From Callorhinchus milii (taxonomy: Eukaryota), in assembly GCF_018977255.1 (NCBI RefSeq), contig NW_024704743.1:3536001-3600000 (forward strand): DNA of 64,000 nt. Reading direction: 5' to 3'. The position numbers and the translations under genes were made by a program. This document shows positions 10,601-19,737 of the stretch, piece by piece; within the stretch, counting starts at the first letter, position 1, and each line of letters begins with the position of its first letter. The notes under the pieces are model-generated. The model did no database searches. It saw nothing but the letters and a program-made list of their open reading frames with translations, and was not told the DNA's origin.

Positions 10601-13600
10601 GTAAAACATTTCACAATATATTCACAATGTCAAAATATAACAACAACAACATCAAGATTCCATTTATTGAGCGCCTTTCATGTCGGGAGGACATCCCAGG
10701 GCGCTGTACAGTTGGGTCAGGACCCGAGCAGGGGGGGAAATGGTCAGGGTGAGGGAAGGGAGGGAGCGAGGAGGGGGTAGAGAGTCGAGAGGGGAGCTGA
10801 AGGCTCGGTCAAAGAGAAAGGTCTTGAGACCGGCCTTGAAGGAGGAAAGGGAGGAGGCGGCGAAGGCACTGGGGATAGAGTTCCAGAGCCTGGGGGCTGA
10901 GAGGCTGAAGGCCCGGCCTCCGATGGTAGGGCGGTTGGGGCGGGGGATGTGGAGCAGAGAGGAACGGAGGGTACGGGCGGGTAGGTAGGTAGGTCGGAGA
11001 GGTAGGAGGGAGCGAGGCCGTGAATGGCCTTGTAGGTGAGGGTGAGGATCTTGAATTCGATCCTCTGGGGGATGGGGAGCCAGTGGAGGCGAGCGAGGGT
11101 GGGAGTGATGTGTTCCCGAAGCTTGGTGCGGGACAGTACACGAGCTGCAGAGTTCTGAATGACTGCAGAGTTCTGAATGATATAACTCTGTACAGCTATA
11201 ACAAATATAGGATTTTTGGGGGTGTTTGGCACACGCCGAAACTCATCACCGTGCTTAAGAGCATCAAACCAGAAAGACAGAGTTCCATGCATTCCACCTA
11301 CACATGGACATTCCCACAGTTCAAATGCAATGTGCACTGTAGCCTCTGATGGTCGCCTCTTCCTGCTTATCTAATTGAAGAGTGTATTAGGTGTAGGTTG
11401 ACAAGAGCCAAAGATCACCACCGATGTCAGGGTGGATTGACGGGGGACATGAAGCAGGTCGGTGTTCGTTGAATGGCTGGGTCGGTAGGGTTGCAGTAGG
11501 TCATGGAGGGATTCGAATGCAAGGATGCGGATCTTGAATTCAATTGAGTGGAACTGAGTGAGGATGAGATTTGTAAGCTCGCAGAGCCTGGTGCAGGAAA
11601 GGATATGGGCTGCGTGGGAAGTGTGGATGGTCTGTGAAGTCTGTGTAGGGAAGAGTTGGGGAGTCTAGTGAGCAGGGCTTTGGAATGGGCAAGCCTAGAT
11701 GTGGTCTTGTAAAGGTCTTCCCGCCTTACTGAAGGCAGATGTCCCCAGATAGTTGATGGGGAAACTCTAGAGGCTTGTGGCGACAGCTGCTGGAAGGCAT
11801 TACCTGGAGTCCGAGTTCGTGAACGCACGTTCGTACATCAAGCGCCTGGAATCCACCTTGTTTGGCCTGCAGAGAGGCAAGCAATAACTGCTCCACACTT
11901 CCAACTGGTAGAACCATTGTTCAATGGGAAGGGGCGTGTGCCTGAGCTGCAGACAGGCAGATCGTGGCAATGCTCTCACGCATTTCATGCTGAGCTGTGT
12001 TGTCTAGTGCCTTTCACGTCGGGCGGACGTCCCAAGGCGCCGGACAGTGTACCAAGATAGCAGGGAGTTCCTGTTACCTCCCATCCACCTAGTGAGGGCT
12101 CAAACTTGCGCTTTTCAGATGTCGGACGTCCAACTAATTACTATGCCCCTTGGGGGTGGGGAGGTAAATGGGGTCTCCTTGAAGCTGAACTGGCTCCCAC
12201 TAAACTCCTAATTCACATGGAATATGCATTCTGCTCGCAAGAATTGGTACTGTTACGGTAAAACATATCACAAATTATATTGTAACGTATACTGTAGGAT
12301 TACTCACCAACTTGCTTAGATATTACGCCTTCCATAAAATTTTCTATCTCGTCTCCTATATCATATAGTTCAACTATTTCAATCTAATTTAAAAACAAAC
12401 ATATGGTATAATTCTTAAATATACAGTATTTAAAATCTATCAATGATTTATGTGTTAGAGAAAATTCTGATGTTAATCTTATTGGGTTGAATTGGTCAGC
12501 AAGTAGTGGAGTGGGGAATAAGCAGGATGGAGAGGTAAGTTAAATCAGAGTTTAGAGGGGGTGTGTATATGGGAGATGGAGTTCCTGCGTAGTTGGATTT
12601 TGTGGATAGTGGAGCAATAGAGGGCAATGGAATAATCGAGGCGGGAGGTGACGAAAATGTAGATGAGGGTCTCTCCTGCATTGATCTGAGATACAGTCGG
12701 AGGCTGGCAATGAGACAGAAGTGGAGGAAAGCGGTCATGATAAGAGAACGGATGAAGCGTTGGAAGGACATCCTGGGATTGAACCTGATGCCAAGGACAC
12801 GTACAGATTCAGTTAGTCTTAGGGATAGTCTGATGGGTTGCAGGAGAAAACTGAGGTCTGTGATGCACTTTACCTCCCAAAGCACATTATCTGACCATTT
12901 AAGCCATTTAAGCTGCCGTTTTCCAGCATTGGTTCTTTGAACTCTATTCTTAAATTTTTCATGTTGAATTTCCATTGTGATACCTCACTAGGCAAAGGTG
13001 AAGCTTATTCAACTGATACCACTTTAAAATTCAAAATGCTTTTTCAGTATAAAGCCAGGCGGTAACAAAATGTACTCACTCTCTTTCTTTGAGCTCCTTC
13101 TTCATAGAACCTCCTTTCTTCCTCCACCATCTCCAGGATTTGTTTGTTAAGAAGCGGTGGATTCACCCCTTTCACAGAATCCACAATCTTACCACCCTGG
13201 CAAACAGAAGAGATGGGATTTAAAAAGGTTGTAAATCCTAATTCTCAATTAAGTCAGCTTCAATACTTTCAACTCACCATTACAAATAAGAAGACAGGTT
13301 CACATTTGCCTTCAAACCCCTTTAACAAGGGTAGGCGGCTAGCTTCTACCTATGAAACAACAAAACAGTCAGATCCAGCAATATTTGTGTTAAATATTTT
13401 TAGTTAAAAAATTAAATTGACAAGTACTCACTGTATAAAAATGCAAAAGCTCATCTCCTATATCCAATTTCAGTCTTTTGAACAGACTCACAATTGCTTT
13501 ACATGGTCCACACCAGCCTTGATAAACATCCAAAACTAAAATAAATATGCACAATAGCTGTATTAATTAATAGAACAAATTGTCTGGATCTAACCACCAC

Positions 13601-14792
13601 CTGAACAAGATCATCATCTTGGCTGCCAGAGGCGGCCAACCTGTGGCACACCTGAAGCGCCCCTGAACATTTGCACGAGTTAAGGTAAGTCCTTGTTCGA
13701 TTATTAGTGTGTTTTTAGTTTTATGACAGAAATCAAGAAATATTCAATCAAGAAAATTCATTTTGTTGGCCAACCATAAAGTTTGGTCACCACTGGTCTA
13801 GACTGTCTACGTTCATAATCAAATTAAATTTGTGATTGATGTATTATTTATCACGTGGCAGAAACTGGAGGCAGATCCCCTCAACACACAGAGTAGTGTT
13901 CTGGAGTAGAGATACCACTGTCAATGCTGAAGTGAAATTGCAGCCTTCAACTGCAGTTAGTGAAATACTAGCCAATTTGTGGCTTTTTGTTGGTGTGAAT
14001 ACATTTTGGGACACTACTCTGTATGAGGGGCACTATACAAATGAAAATTGTTGTAAATTGATATAATTGTAAAAATCCTAATTGGCTCTCATGAACAGGT
14101 TGGGTGCATACGACCATTATTTAGCTCCTTAAGATTCCTTTAAGATTTATCGTTGATAAACGATTGTAAAAACATGCAACCATCCACTGTAGAATTCTTA
14201 AATAATAAAGCAATTTAGATAAAAACTAATTATAATATAAAGAAATGAATGGGATACAGCCTGCTGCATTTATTGACTTAAAGCGGATAGTAAAATTTAA
14301 GTCAGCACACCTGATACACCTTTTGTTGCTAACATTGCCTCCCACTCTTCTTCATCAGTTATTGGTAACTGAAAAGCAAAAAATAATAATCCTTACATTT
14401 GATATAGCACCTTATCATGTCGTTGAGACATCTCAAAGCGGTTCACAGTAAAGTGTAAAGTGTAAAATCATTGTAAAGTGAATTGACTACATTTTGTGGG
14501 TGAATGCGGCAGCCAATCGTGCACAGCAGTATTTCCACAGACAGTTGTGAATTGGTTGACCGAATTATTATTATTATTAATTTTTTCGAAGGGAAACTTG
14601 CCTAAGGTTTCGCCCTGCCTGGGAATCAAACCTGGGAATCAAAACTTTTCGTTTTTTGAGGTGAGTTCTCCAACAAATACGCTACAGGACTCCACAAAAT
14701 GCATCAGTTATTAAGATTTCAAAAACTCATATCTTTGAATTGGATGAACTGCTTCATACCTGAACTTGAATTTCCCTTCTCTTGCCAGCCAT
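1480..14792 (-). CDS. NME8: NME/NM23 family member 8 (thioredoxin + 3 NDPK-like domains); spliced gene, 14 coding exons in window, 3' end beyond window start
   Basis: Manually spliced protein MAGKRREIQVQ-LPITDEEEWEAMLATKGVSVLDVYQGWCGPCKAIV...KCEPVFLF...LFTIVLIRP...EKTLAILRP...SGPLLALALVRENAIQHWRNLMG...NQIHGSES...FFPVEHTLIAIKPDAV...EFYKDQKGKAHFKELVNYMS is colinear with human NME8 (MASKKREVQLQ, WCGPC, KCEPVFLF, EKTLALLRP). All junctions are GT-AG with consistent phases. Three NDK repeats favour NME8 over NME9. Confidence 0.93.
2085..2420 (+). mobile_element. LF-SINE-like element in NME8 intron
   Basis: Colinear blocks matching the remembered LF-SINE consensus: acagaccagga, gggaaaaccagccagtgttcctgctcct, ggcttggctgtgatgccctc, ctcactgccaaggctcacacat, ggtacc, tggaaccgcactccagc. 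Confidence 0.75.
3530..3681 (-). CDS. NME8: NME8 coding exon 13 (SLRARYVCPDIPFNQIHGSESSEIAMKELRYFFPVEHTLIAIKPDAVLEYK)
   Basis: gtttag|CTTACG...ACAAAG|gtaagc; 152 nt; NxxHGS motif, then NDK3 start IKPDAV. Confidence 0.95.
4675..4782 (-). CDS. NME8: NME8 coding exon 12 (SGPLLALALVRENAIQHWRNLMGNYDIEIAQEHNPT)
   Basis: gttacag|TGGTCC...TACAAG|gtgaat; 108 nt. Confidence 0.94.
5037..5274. mobile_element. Non-autonomous hAT-like DNA transposon (MITE) remnant
   Basis: Degenerate TIRs cagggtggtcgaac / gttggacgacgcta; subterminal gggccggatgcggc; internal 32-bp inverted repeat 5062-5093 vs 5189-5220. Confidence 0.6.
5553..5700 (-). CDS. NME8: NME8 coding exon 11 (DAVLDEIQKAGFTIAFQKQLQLTEYQITKFY...FIEYMA)
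   Basis: tctttag|ATGCTG...GGCAAG|gtaatt; 148 nt. Confidence 0.93.
7094..7215 (-). CDS. NME8: NME8 coding exon 10 (DIRELAYRLFAFFFP...EKTLAILRPKLVEENK), start of NDK domain 2
   Basis: ttttag|TGACAT...ATAAAG|gtacaa; 122 nt. Confidence 0.9.
7400..7678 (+). mobile_element. Two 3' fragments of the Deu-domain tRNA SINE
   Basis: cacaaaatatacagtcaa...gctttgagacgtctcgaagac...atcaaatgcaagg(tta)n family tail. Confidence 0.75.
7742..7890 (-). CDS. NME8: NME8 coding exon 9 (THFSEFIEMMTSDPCDALLLSEGG...TDEED)
   Basis: tcaccag|ACTCAC...GACAG|gtataa; 149 nt; F..F...MTS.P motif. Confidence 0.88.
8942..9034 (-). CDS. NME8: NME8 coding exon 8 (IKETGYLIVAEEVKILSLSDAKELYDFKKDQ)
   Basis: cctcaag|ATTAAA...GATCAA|gtaagt; 93 nt; NDK-fold pattern. 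Confidence 0.92.
9184..9529 (-). mobile_element. Near full-length tRNA(Ala)-headed SINE with Deu-like core and L2-like tail
   Basis: Antisense tRNA head with A/B boxes at 9465-9529; (TAT)n tail at 9184. Confidence 0.85.
10348..10421 (-). CDS. NME8: NME8 coding exon 7, start of NDK domain 1 (EKLFTIVLIRPTALTAGKDNMIKER)
   Basis: ttaccag|AAAAGC...GAACGT|gtaagt; 74 nt. Confidence 0.92.
10640..11180 (-). mobile_element. L2 LINE ORF2 C-terminus and 3' end
   Basis: IQNSAARVLSRTKLREHITPTLARLHWLPIPQRIEFKILTLTYKAIHGLAPSYLSDL is the typical L2 ORF2 C-terminal motif. Confidence 0.9.
11238..12200. mobile_element. Rearranged copy of a LINE 5'/ORF1-like repeat (homologous to 15240-15930), with an L2 fragment at ~11425-11700
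   Basis: 11238-11420 aligns directly to 15240-15410; 11700-11890 and 12060-12200 align inverted to 15600-15930. Confidence 0.65.
12308..12383 (-). CDS. NME8: NME8 coding exon 6, acidic linker (IEIVELYDIGDEIENFMEGVISKQV)
   Basis: aattag|ATTGAA...AAGTTG|gtgagt; 76 nt; supplies the phase 0 to 1 change needed by flanking exons. Confidence 0.8.
12500..12850 (-). mobile_element. Degraded L2 ORF2 fragment
   Basis: SVRVLGIRFNPRMSFQRFIRSLIMTAFLH resembles L2 RT-distal VRNLGV.FD..LSF..HI. Confidence 0.7.
13080..13196 (-). CDS. NME8: NME8 coding exon 5 (GGKIVDSVKGVNPPLLNKQILEMVEEERRFYEEGAQRKR)
   Basis: tgccag|GGTGGT...AAGAGA|gtgagt; 117 nt, phase 0-0. Confidence 0.94.
13278..13349 (-). CDS. NME8: NME8 coding exon 4 (VEASRLPLLKGFEGKCEPVFLFVM)
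   Basis: tcatag|GTAGAA...GTAATG|gtgagt; 72 nt; KCEPVFLF motif shared with human NME8. Confidence 0.94.
13432..13535 (-). CDS. NME8: NME8 coding exon 3, thioredoxin active site WCGPC
   Basis: ttttag|TTTTGGATG...TATACA|gtgagt; 104 nt; VLDVYQGWCGPCKAIVSLFKRLKLDIGDELLHFYT. Confidence 0.96.
14311..14368 (-). CDS. NME8: NME8 coding exon 2 (LPITDEEEWEAMLATKGVS)
   Basis: ttttcag|TTACCA...TATCAG|gtgtgc; 58 nt, phase 0 to 1. Confidence 0.92.
14383..14693 (-). mobile_element. Deu-domain tRNA SINE filling most of the intron between NME8 coding exons 1 and 2
   Basis: Antisense head ...gctacaggactcc and tail aataataatccttacatttgatatagc. Confidence 0.8.
14760..14792 (-). CDS. NME8: NME8 coding exon 1 (MAGKRREIQVQ); exon starts at 14796 with 4 nt of 5'UTR
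   Basis: tttcag|aaaaATGGCTGGCAAG...GTTCAG|gtatga; 33 coding nt, ends phase 0. Confidence 0.92.
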
Positions 14793-14984
14793 TTTTCTGA
14801 AACAAATATTGAAAAAAAACACATTAAATTCTATGTAGCTCTTGAACTATATGAATATGTATTGTTCCACCTCAATGCCAGCCTGGTTCAGCTGATGTAA
14901 TTCCTCTGAGTTAGAAAATTGTAGGTTCAAGCTTAACTTCGGGATTTCAAACTCAAAATCTCGACTGACATTCCAATACAATGC

Positions 14985-15230
14985 AACAACAAGAAGATTA
15001 CATTTGTATAGCGCCTTTCACGTCGGGAGGACGTCCCAAGGCGCTGGACAGTGTACAGCATTTCAGACCCAAGCTGGGGTCAGGGGGGGAGAAGGGAGGG
15101 GAGAGGAAGGGGGTTGGCCGATGGTACGGTCGAAGAGGAGGGTCTTGAGGCGGGACTTGAAGGAGGCTAAGGAGGTGGTGAGGCGGAGTGATTGGATGGA
15201 ATTCCAGATGTTGGGGGCAGAGAGGCTGAA
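14985..15230 (-). mobile_element. L2 3' end
   Basis: Highly similar to 29345-29650 (inverted); (CAA)n tail. Confidence 0.8.
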
Positions 15231-15239
15231 ATATGCGGA

Positions 15240-16270
15240 CACTCATCACCATCCCTAAGAGTATCCAAACCAAACTGAGAATTCCTACATATGGAAATTA
15301 CAGCGATCGATTGTTGGAATGGAATCACACTCTCTCCCTGGAGGGACGCATCCCGCTTACCTAATTCTGGTAAATATTAGGCGCAGGTTGGCAAGAGCCA
15401 AGGCTTGGGACCCTAGAATGTGCATTGGAGTAACTGTTGGAGTCTAACCAGCTAAATCCGCATAACTTGCCATTGATAGCACTGTCTGCCAAGCTTTCAG
15501 CAGTGTCCTGGAGTACCGTGGACCTGCCTGGCTCAGGAACCGGGCTACCGAGACCGCCACAGAAGGCTGGGTTGATTCCGACATTCAGTTGCCAAACAAG
15601 TCACCTTGGAGGCAGTTCAGCTGCAAGCAGACCCTGCTTACCTCCCCACCAAGGAGGACAGTCACTAGTTGGTCATTTGACATCTGACAAGTGCAGGTTT
15701 GAGCCCTCACTAGGTGGATGGTGGGTACCAGGAACTCCTTGGGAGCTGCTTGCCTCTCTGCAAACAATCAAGATGGATTCCAAGCTCTGGATATACAAGC
15801 ATAGGTTTACAAATCTGAACTCCAGGTTATCTATGCCTTCCAGCAGATGTTACCCCAAGTCTCAAGAGTTTCCTCATTAGCTATTTGGAGGGCATCTGCC
15901 TTCAGTGTTGCGGAGGACCTTTACAGGACAGATGGTGACGTGCCAGTCACCTTGATGTTCTCGAGGTGCAAATCCAATGCCGCTTACCAGGCTTACTCAG
16001 CACCAGCTGTTTATATCCAGGTCCTGGTGTTAGGGCCTTTGGCAAACAGAGGTACCTGATGTGAAGTTGACTCTGTCTCTTAGATGCTCAGCAGCCGGTC
16101 AACGTAGGCCGGAGTCCTCCTGCCCTGCAGCTGCTTCCCAGGTTTGCCACAAATCCACTTCACGGCTTGATCACGGACTTAGCGAAGGGGCTGGAGGAAG
16201 CCTCCTTATTGCATCCCAAGGAGCTCCCAAGGATCCGTAAAGCAGGGGCCCCTGACTGTGCAGCGAGCGA
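15240..16270 (-). mobile_element. Interspersed repeat, probable CR1/L2-clade LINE 5' region and ORF1 N-terminal half
   Basis: Homologous pieces at 11238-12200, 26470-26735 and 58020-58230; coiled-coil-like remnant (YLESEFVNARSYIKRLESTLFGLQ in the 11.8-kb copy) and an LSxxFDAL motif resembling the ORF1 LxNRFxAL motif. Confidence 0.55.
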
Positions 16271-16367
16271 CGGGAAATGTTTAATTTAAAGAGTGAGGAA
16301 GGAGGAAGGAAAAGAAGAAAAGCCATTCATTCTCCTGCCATCTTCTCACCTGTAGCTCCAGTCTCCA

Positions 16368-16760
16368 GTGGTGGGGGGGAGAGGTTGTGGGGGGGGGAGA
16401 GGTTGTGGGGGGGGAGAGGTTGTGGGGGGGGGAGAGATTGTGGCGGGGGAGAGGTTGTGGGGAGGGAGAGATTGTGGGGAGAGTGGGGAAGGTGGGGGGG
16501 GAGAGGTGGTGGGGAGAGGTGGGGGAAGGTGGGGGGGGAGAGGTGGTGGGGGGGGGAGAGGTTGTGGGGAGAGGTGGGGGGGTGGGGGGGGAGAGGTTGT
16601 GGGGAGAGGTGGGGAAGGTGGGGGGGGGAGAGGTTGTGGGAGAGGTGGGGAAGGTGGGGGGGAGAGGTTGTGGGAGAGTTGGTGGGGGGGTGGGGGGGGA
16701 GGTGGTGTGGGGGGTGGGGGGGGTGAGCTGACAGTTGGTGGGGGGGAGAGGTTGTGGGAG
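16368..16760. repeat. G-rich minisatellite (units GnAGAGGTTGTG / GAGAGGTGGGGAAGGTG)
   Basis: Directly visible tandem units with variable G-run length; C-rich tract follows at 16805-16843. Confidence 0.95.
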
Positions 16761-16911
16761 AGAAAAGATGAGAGAGCATATCTTCAAATTCCTATCTATG
16801 GAGGCACCCCCCCCACCCCCCACCCCCCACCCCACCCCCACCGAGGATGAATAGCTCAAAACTATTGAGATGAAAAAAAAGCTAAAGGCAAACTGCTTAT
16901 TTAAAAATAAT

Positions 16912-17255
16912 GGCGTTTGATTGGAATTTCGCTGACCGTCTGGCCGGTGGGTCGGTAACCCGCGGGCACCGATTTAAAATAGTCGTTAAAAGGAACAGAG
17001 GGGAGACGAGGAGAATGTTTTTCACGCAGCGAGTTGTTCGGATCGGGAATGCATTGCCTGAAAGGGCGGCGGAAGCCGATGCGATAACGACTTTTAAAAG
17101 AGTAGATAATTATTTGGGGAGGACAGGTTTGCGGGGGTGTGGGGAGAGCGCGGGGGAGTGGGATTGGATTGGATAGGTCTTTCCAAAGAGCCGGCACAGA
17201 CACACGATGGGCCGAATGGCCTCCTTCTGTGCTGTGTAATTCTACGATTCCATGA
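16912..17255 (+). mobile_element. CR1 LINE 3' end (CpG-rich copy)
   Basis: TRGHRFKIV...RRMFFTQRVVRIGNALPERAAEA and gggccgaatggcctccttctgtgctg 3'UTR. Confidence 0.88.
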
Positions 17256-18689
17256 TCTCAGCCATTTCTCCCCTCAAAGGTTTGTTTTCACTCTCTTCCC
17301 ATTTTACAGCTCAGAAGAAGGCCATTGTGTCTCTTTCAAAGAGCAATCTATTTTGTCGAATTTACCTGTGTGTTTATTTTCCCCAAATTCTTTTCTTTTT
17401 TTTAAAGATATCTATCTTTGCTCAAATTGGCAATTACATTCACCCACAAATGCACAGTCATTCCACTTCAGAGTATATTCTCTGAAGCGTTATGGTCTGG
17501 AGAATGCGACTAAATGGATAATATCTTTTGTAGAGCCAACACAGCCGACTGTGTGTGGGACATTGCTGTGCGCAATTGGCTGCCGCGTTCGCCCACAAAT
17601 ATACAGTCAATTCACTTTACAGTGTGTTCTGTGAAGCGCTTTGGGACGTCCTCCCGACGTGAAAAGCGCTATATCAAATGCAAGGATTATTATTATAACA
17701 CAGCCATGATAGACAAAATTGCTTCCCGAACTGTAACGTTCTATGGTTCTGTTGCTGTGAAGAAGAAGGAAGATTTCATGCCAAAACAGAAAATGTCTTT
17801 GATCGTATTGGAAATATAAAATGCCCTGATGGCTTGTTTCAGAACCAAACTTAATCTAAGTAAGGAAAATGATTTACATAAATACTTCACCTCGCATCAC
17901 TGGTCCTCGAAATTAATAGTTATGAACTACAATTGATCTAAAAGGTCCAGTTGAGTCATTTCACAGCGTTATTTGCCTATTAAGTTTGCTTTAATTATCT
18001 ACTCATAAACTCCTGCATATGAGATTTTAATTTTACAACATATAATTGTCTTTTCATCAAGGAACTGAAGTATTTAACCAATTGCGAAAGCAGTTATCAG
18101 TTTTGAAATACTACACACCAAGTACTCTATGTTCTTTGATTTGAATCACTGATAAACAAAATCTTCAAAGAATGTCATTTTGAATGTCATCGAATTACTA
18201 CCTATTGTGTTATAGCTGTGCTATAAAATTCTTCATTAAAATATTCTACTGAGTTTTCGCTCTCGCTATGATAATTATCAAATCTGGTTTGGAGTCGAGA
18301 TACTCTGGAAAGTTTTACGGCAGAATTACTGTATTTCATTGTACTCTGAATTCATTACATGACAAACAGGCCATGGTGTCCCTCTGCTGGTGAAATAACC
18401 TAACATTAAAAACTGCACATACTTTGACAATGTAAAATAGTACTGAAAGAAAAGCAACAAAATTAAACCACCAACGTGGCTTCAAAATATTTCGAAGTAT
18501 ATTAGGTGAATTAATGGAAACTAAGTACTTACACACTAACAAACTAGCAAGCTAAGTACTTACCCAACTGTATTGAAAACAACGAGGACTATTTTACGGT
18601 ATTTTTTAATGTTAATTGTTGTCAAGTGGAGTGAATGACTGATTTTGTAGGAAAACATGACATTTGCACACACCAAAGCTCCGCAAACA

Positions 18690-19255
18690 GCCTTAGTCCT
18701 ATCTGGAATACTGTGCTCAGTTTGGGACACTGCATCTCAGGAAGGATACGCAGATTTATCCCTGGAGGGGGAATAGAGCAGATTCACCAGAATGATAAAT
18801 GGCTTAAAGAGTTAAATTATGAGGACAGGTTGCATAAACTTGGCTTGTAAATTCCTTGAGCTTAGGAGGTTGAGGGGTGATCTAACTGAGGTGTTTAAAA
18901 TGATAACGGGATTCGATACGGTAGATACAGAGAAACTATTTCCTCAGGTGGGGGCATCCAGAACAAGGGGGGGGCATCATCTTAAAATTAGAGCCAGGCC
19001 ATTTAGAAGTGAAACTAGGAAGCATTGCTTCACACAAAGGGTAGTGAAGATCTGAAACTATCTCCCCCAAAAGCCTGTGGATGCTGGATCCATTCAAATT
19101 GTCAAGACGGACGTTGGTAGAGTTTTGTTAGTTAAAAGCATATCAAGGGATATGGAGCAAAGCAGGTAAATGAGTTACGTTCAACCATGATTTAATAGAA
19201 TGGCAGAACAGGTTTAAGGGGCTGAATGGCCTTCTCCTGTTCCTATGTTCCTATC
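18690..19255 (+). mobile_element. CR1 LINE ORF2 C-terminus and 3'UTR
   Basis: LNYEDRLHKLGL..LELRRLRGDLTEVFKMITGFD...RTRGGHHLKI...FTQRVV; gggctgaatggccttctcctgttcctatgttcctat tail. Confidence 0.92.
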
Positions 19256-19737
19256 TGGAGCATTGTCGGCCACTGGTTACTCCCTGTTCTCGTGACGAAC
19301 ATTACAGGTTACACAAACATATTTACACAAACATATTTACACAAACATATTTGTTTAAATTTAAAAGCTCCATCGAACTATTCTCTGGTTCATCCATTCA
19401 ATGCTACTTATGTCTTTCAACACAAGAGGGTGCACTGCACTTTGTTATGAGTTCAATGTCTTTGAAATGTACTATGTTCAAAGACAACTATATTATTCAT
19501 AGTCTATAGTATTAAGAGTACAGTCTAAATTTTTTTTTTATTTTGTGTATGGATCCAATGCTCCAACTATGGCATAAACCCAGGTCGCGTTCAAATTTAA
19601 CTTGGCCTTTTTCCTCTTGTATTCGTAACAATACAAATTTACATTTATATAACGCCTTTCATGTCAGCAGGACATCCGAAGGCACAAGAAAGGCCAGGGT
19701 TTGCAAACAAGCTGAGGGTGGGGGCTGTGGTGGGGGA

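Noticed and set aside
10744..11337. 197-aa ORF
   Set aside because: L2 ORF2 C-terminal relic fused to flanking repeat; no RT or endonuclease domain.
13627..13805. Possible hAT-Charlie MITE (cagaggcggccaac...tttggtcaccactg|gtctagac)
   Set aside because: TIRs are degenerate and no matching TSD on the left; too weak to list as a feature.
1480..14792. Calling the gene NME9/TXNDC6
   Set aside because: Three NDK repeats and colinearity with NME8; human NME9 has a single NDK domain.
16277..16859. Gly/Trp-rich and Pro/Thr-rich ORFs of 114-192 aa
   Set aside because: Artefacts of the G-rich minisatellite, which is open in most frames.
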